This document shows positions 63,005 to 64,000 of a DNA stretch of 64,000 bases, piece by piece. Origin of the DNA: the human T2T-CHM13v2.0 reference genome, Homo sapiens. Both the position numbers and the translations under genes were made by a program. Numbering within the stretch: position 1 is the stretch's first letter; each line of letters begins with the position of its first letter. Under the pieces are notes generated by a model, which saw nothing but the letters and a program-made list of their open reading frames with translations, was not told the DNA's origin and searched no databases. The stretch lies in NCBI RefSeq assembly GCF_009914755.1, contig NC_060947.1. One strand, given 5' to 3'.

Positions 63005-64000
63005 TTTTACTTCCAAGAAGATAAAATGTTTTTTTCCATATTTTGTCCAGTAAGTACAACTAACAACACTGAAAATAGATACAACAACCAGTAAGATTCT
63101 GAAAAGTGGAGAGAGGAACGAAGATCAGTTAGGAACCTCAAGACCCGAGGAACAACACAGTGGTGAGCACCCTGAATTTTCTTATGCTTTTTATATCCTG
63201 AACTAGTTGCTGGAGGAACCAACAACTTGGAAATGCCAGCAGGTGCAGACATCAAAAGGATAAGAAGGGAATACTATGAACAACTCAACACAAATAAATT
63301 TGACAACTTAAATAAAGTTGACTGATTGGCTGAAAAAGTACGAAATACCACAGATTATTCAAAATAAAACAGATACTTGAAATAGTCCTATGTCTATTAA
63401 GAAATTTAATTTGTAACTTGAAAACCTCACAAAAATTATCTTTAGTCTGAAATAATTTCACTGACAAATTCTATCAGAAAATTGTAGCTGGACCCCTTCT
63501 TTACACCATATACAAAAATCAATTCAAGATGGACTAAAGACTTAAATGTAAAATCCCAAACTATGAAAAACCCTGAAAAACAACATAGGCAATACCATTC
63601 AGTACATAGGCACAGGAAAAGATTTCGTGACAGAGACACCAAAAACAATTGTAACAAAAGCAAAAATTGACAGATGGATTCTAATTAAACTAAAGCTTCT
63701 GCACAGCAAAAGCAACTATTAGCTGAGTAAATAGACAACCTATGGAATGGGAGAAAACCTTAGCAAACTATGCATTCAACAAAGGTCTAATATCCAGCAT
63801 CTATAAGGAGCTTAAACAAATTAAAAAAAAAAAAAAACCATGTTAAAAAGTGGACAAAGGACACGAACAGACACTTTTCAAAAGAAGACATACATGTGGC
63901 CAACAAGCATATGAAAAAATGCTCAACATCACTGATTATTAGAGAAAGGCAAATGAAAACCATGGTGAGATATTATCTCACACCAGTCTGAATGGCTAGT
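63005..64000 (+). mobile_element. L1M fragments (63005-63483) followed by an L1PA/PB ORF2 3' portion running off the window
   Basis: ctggaccccttctttacaccatatacaaaaatcaattcaagatgga...ttctgcacagcaaaag. Confidence 0.9.

Overview
Primate (human-like), AT-rich and LINE-dense genomic DNA; roughly three quarters of the window is recognisable interspersed repeat. No intact protein-coding gene, rRNA, tRNA or CRISPR array can be supported. Most listed ORFs are L1 ORF1/ORF2 remnants, Alu translations or their antisense shadows. The main elements are a near full-length older L1PA (15.0-21.5 kb), several truncated, inverted or nested L1s, and a two-LTR MER41A provirus (33.3-45.7 kb, minus) that sits inside an L1 tail and is itself hit by two L1s and an Alu. 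There is also a complete THE1/MST MaLR (47.1-49.5 kb), solo LTRs, six Alus, and MIR/L2/hAT relics. The most interesting non-transposon signal is a 703-bp splice-site-bounded island at 26824-27526. It is built from 21-24-bp repeats that encode a basic (H/L)AVSPxRG-type repeat polypeptide, now broken by 4 TGA stops and 2 frameshifts that can be reconstructed from the repeats. With a second exon-like island at 1871-2394 and smaller candidates, this suggests a decayed multi-exon + strand gene (possible unitary pseudogene) that I cannot name. Repeat subfamily names come from memory of consensus sequences, not from a search.
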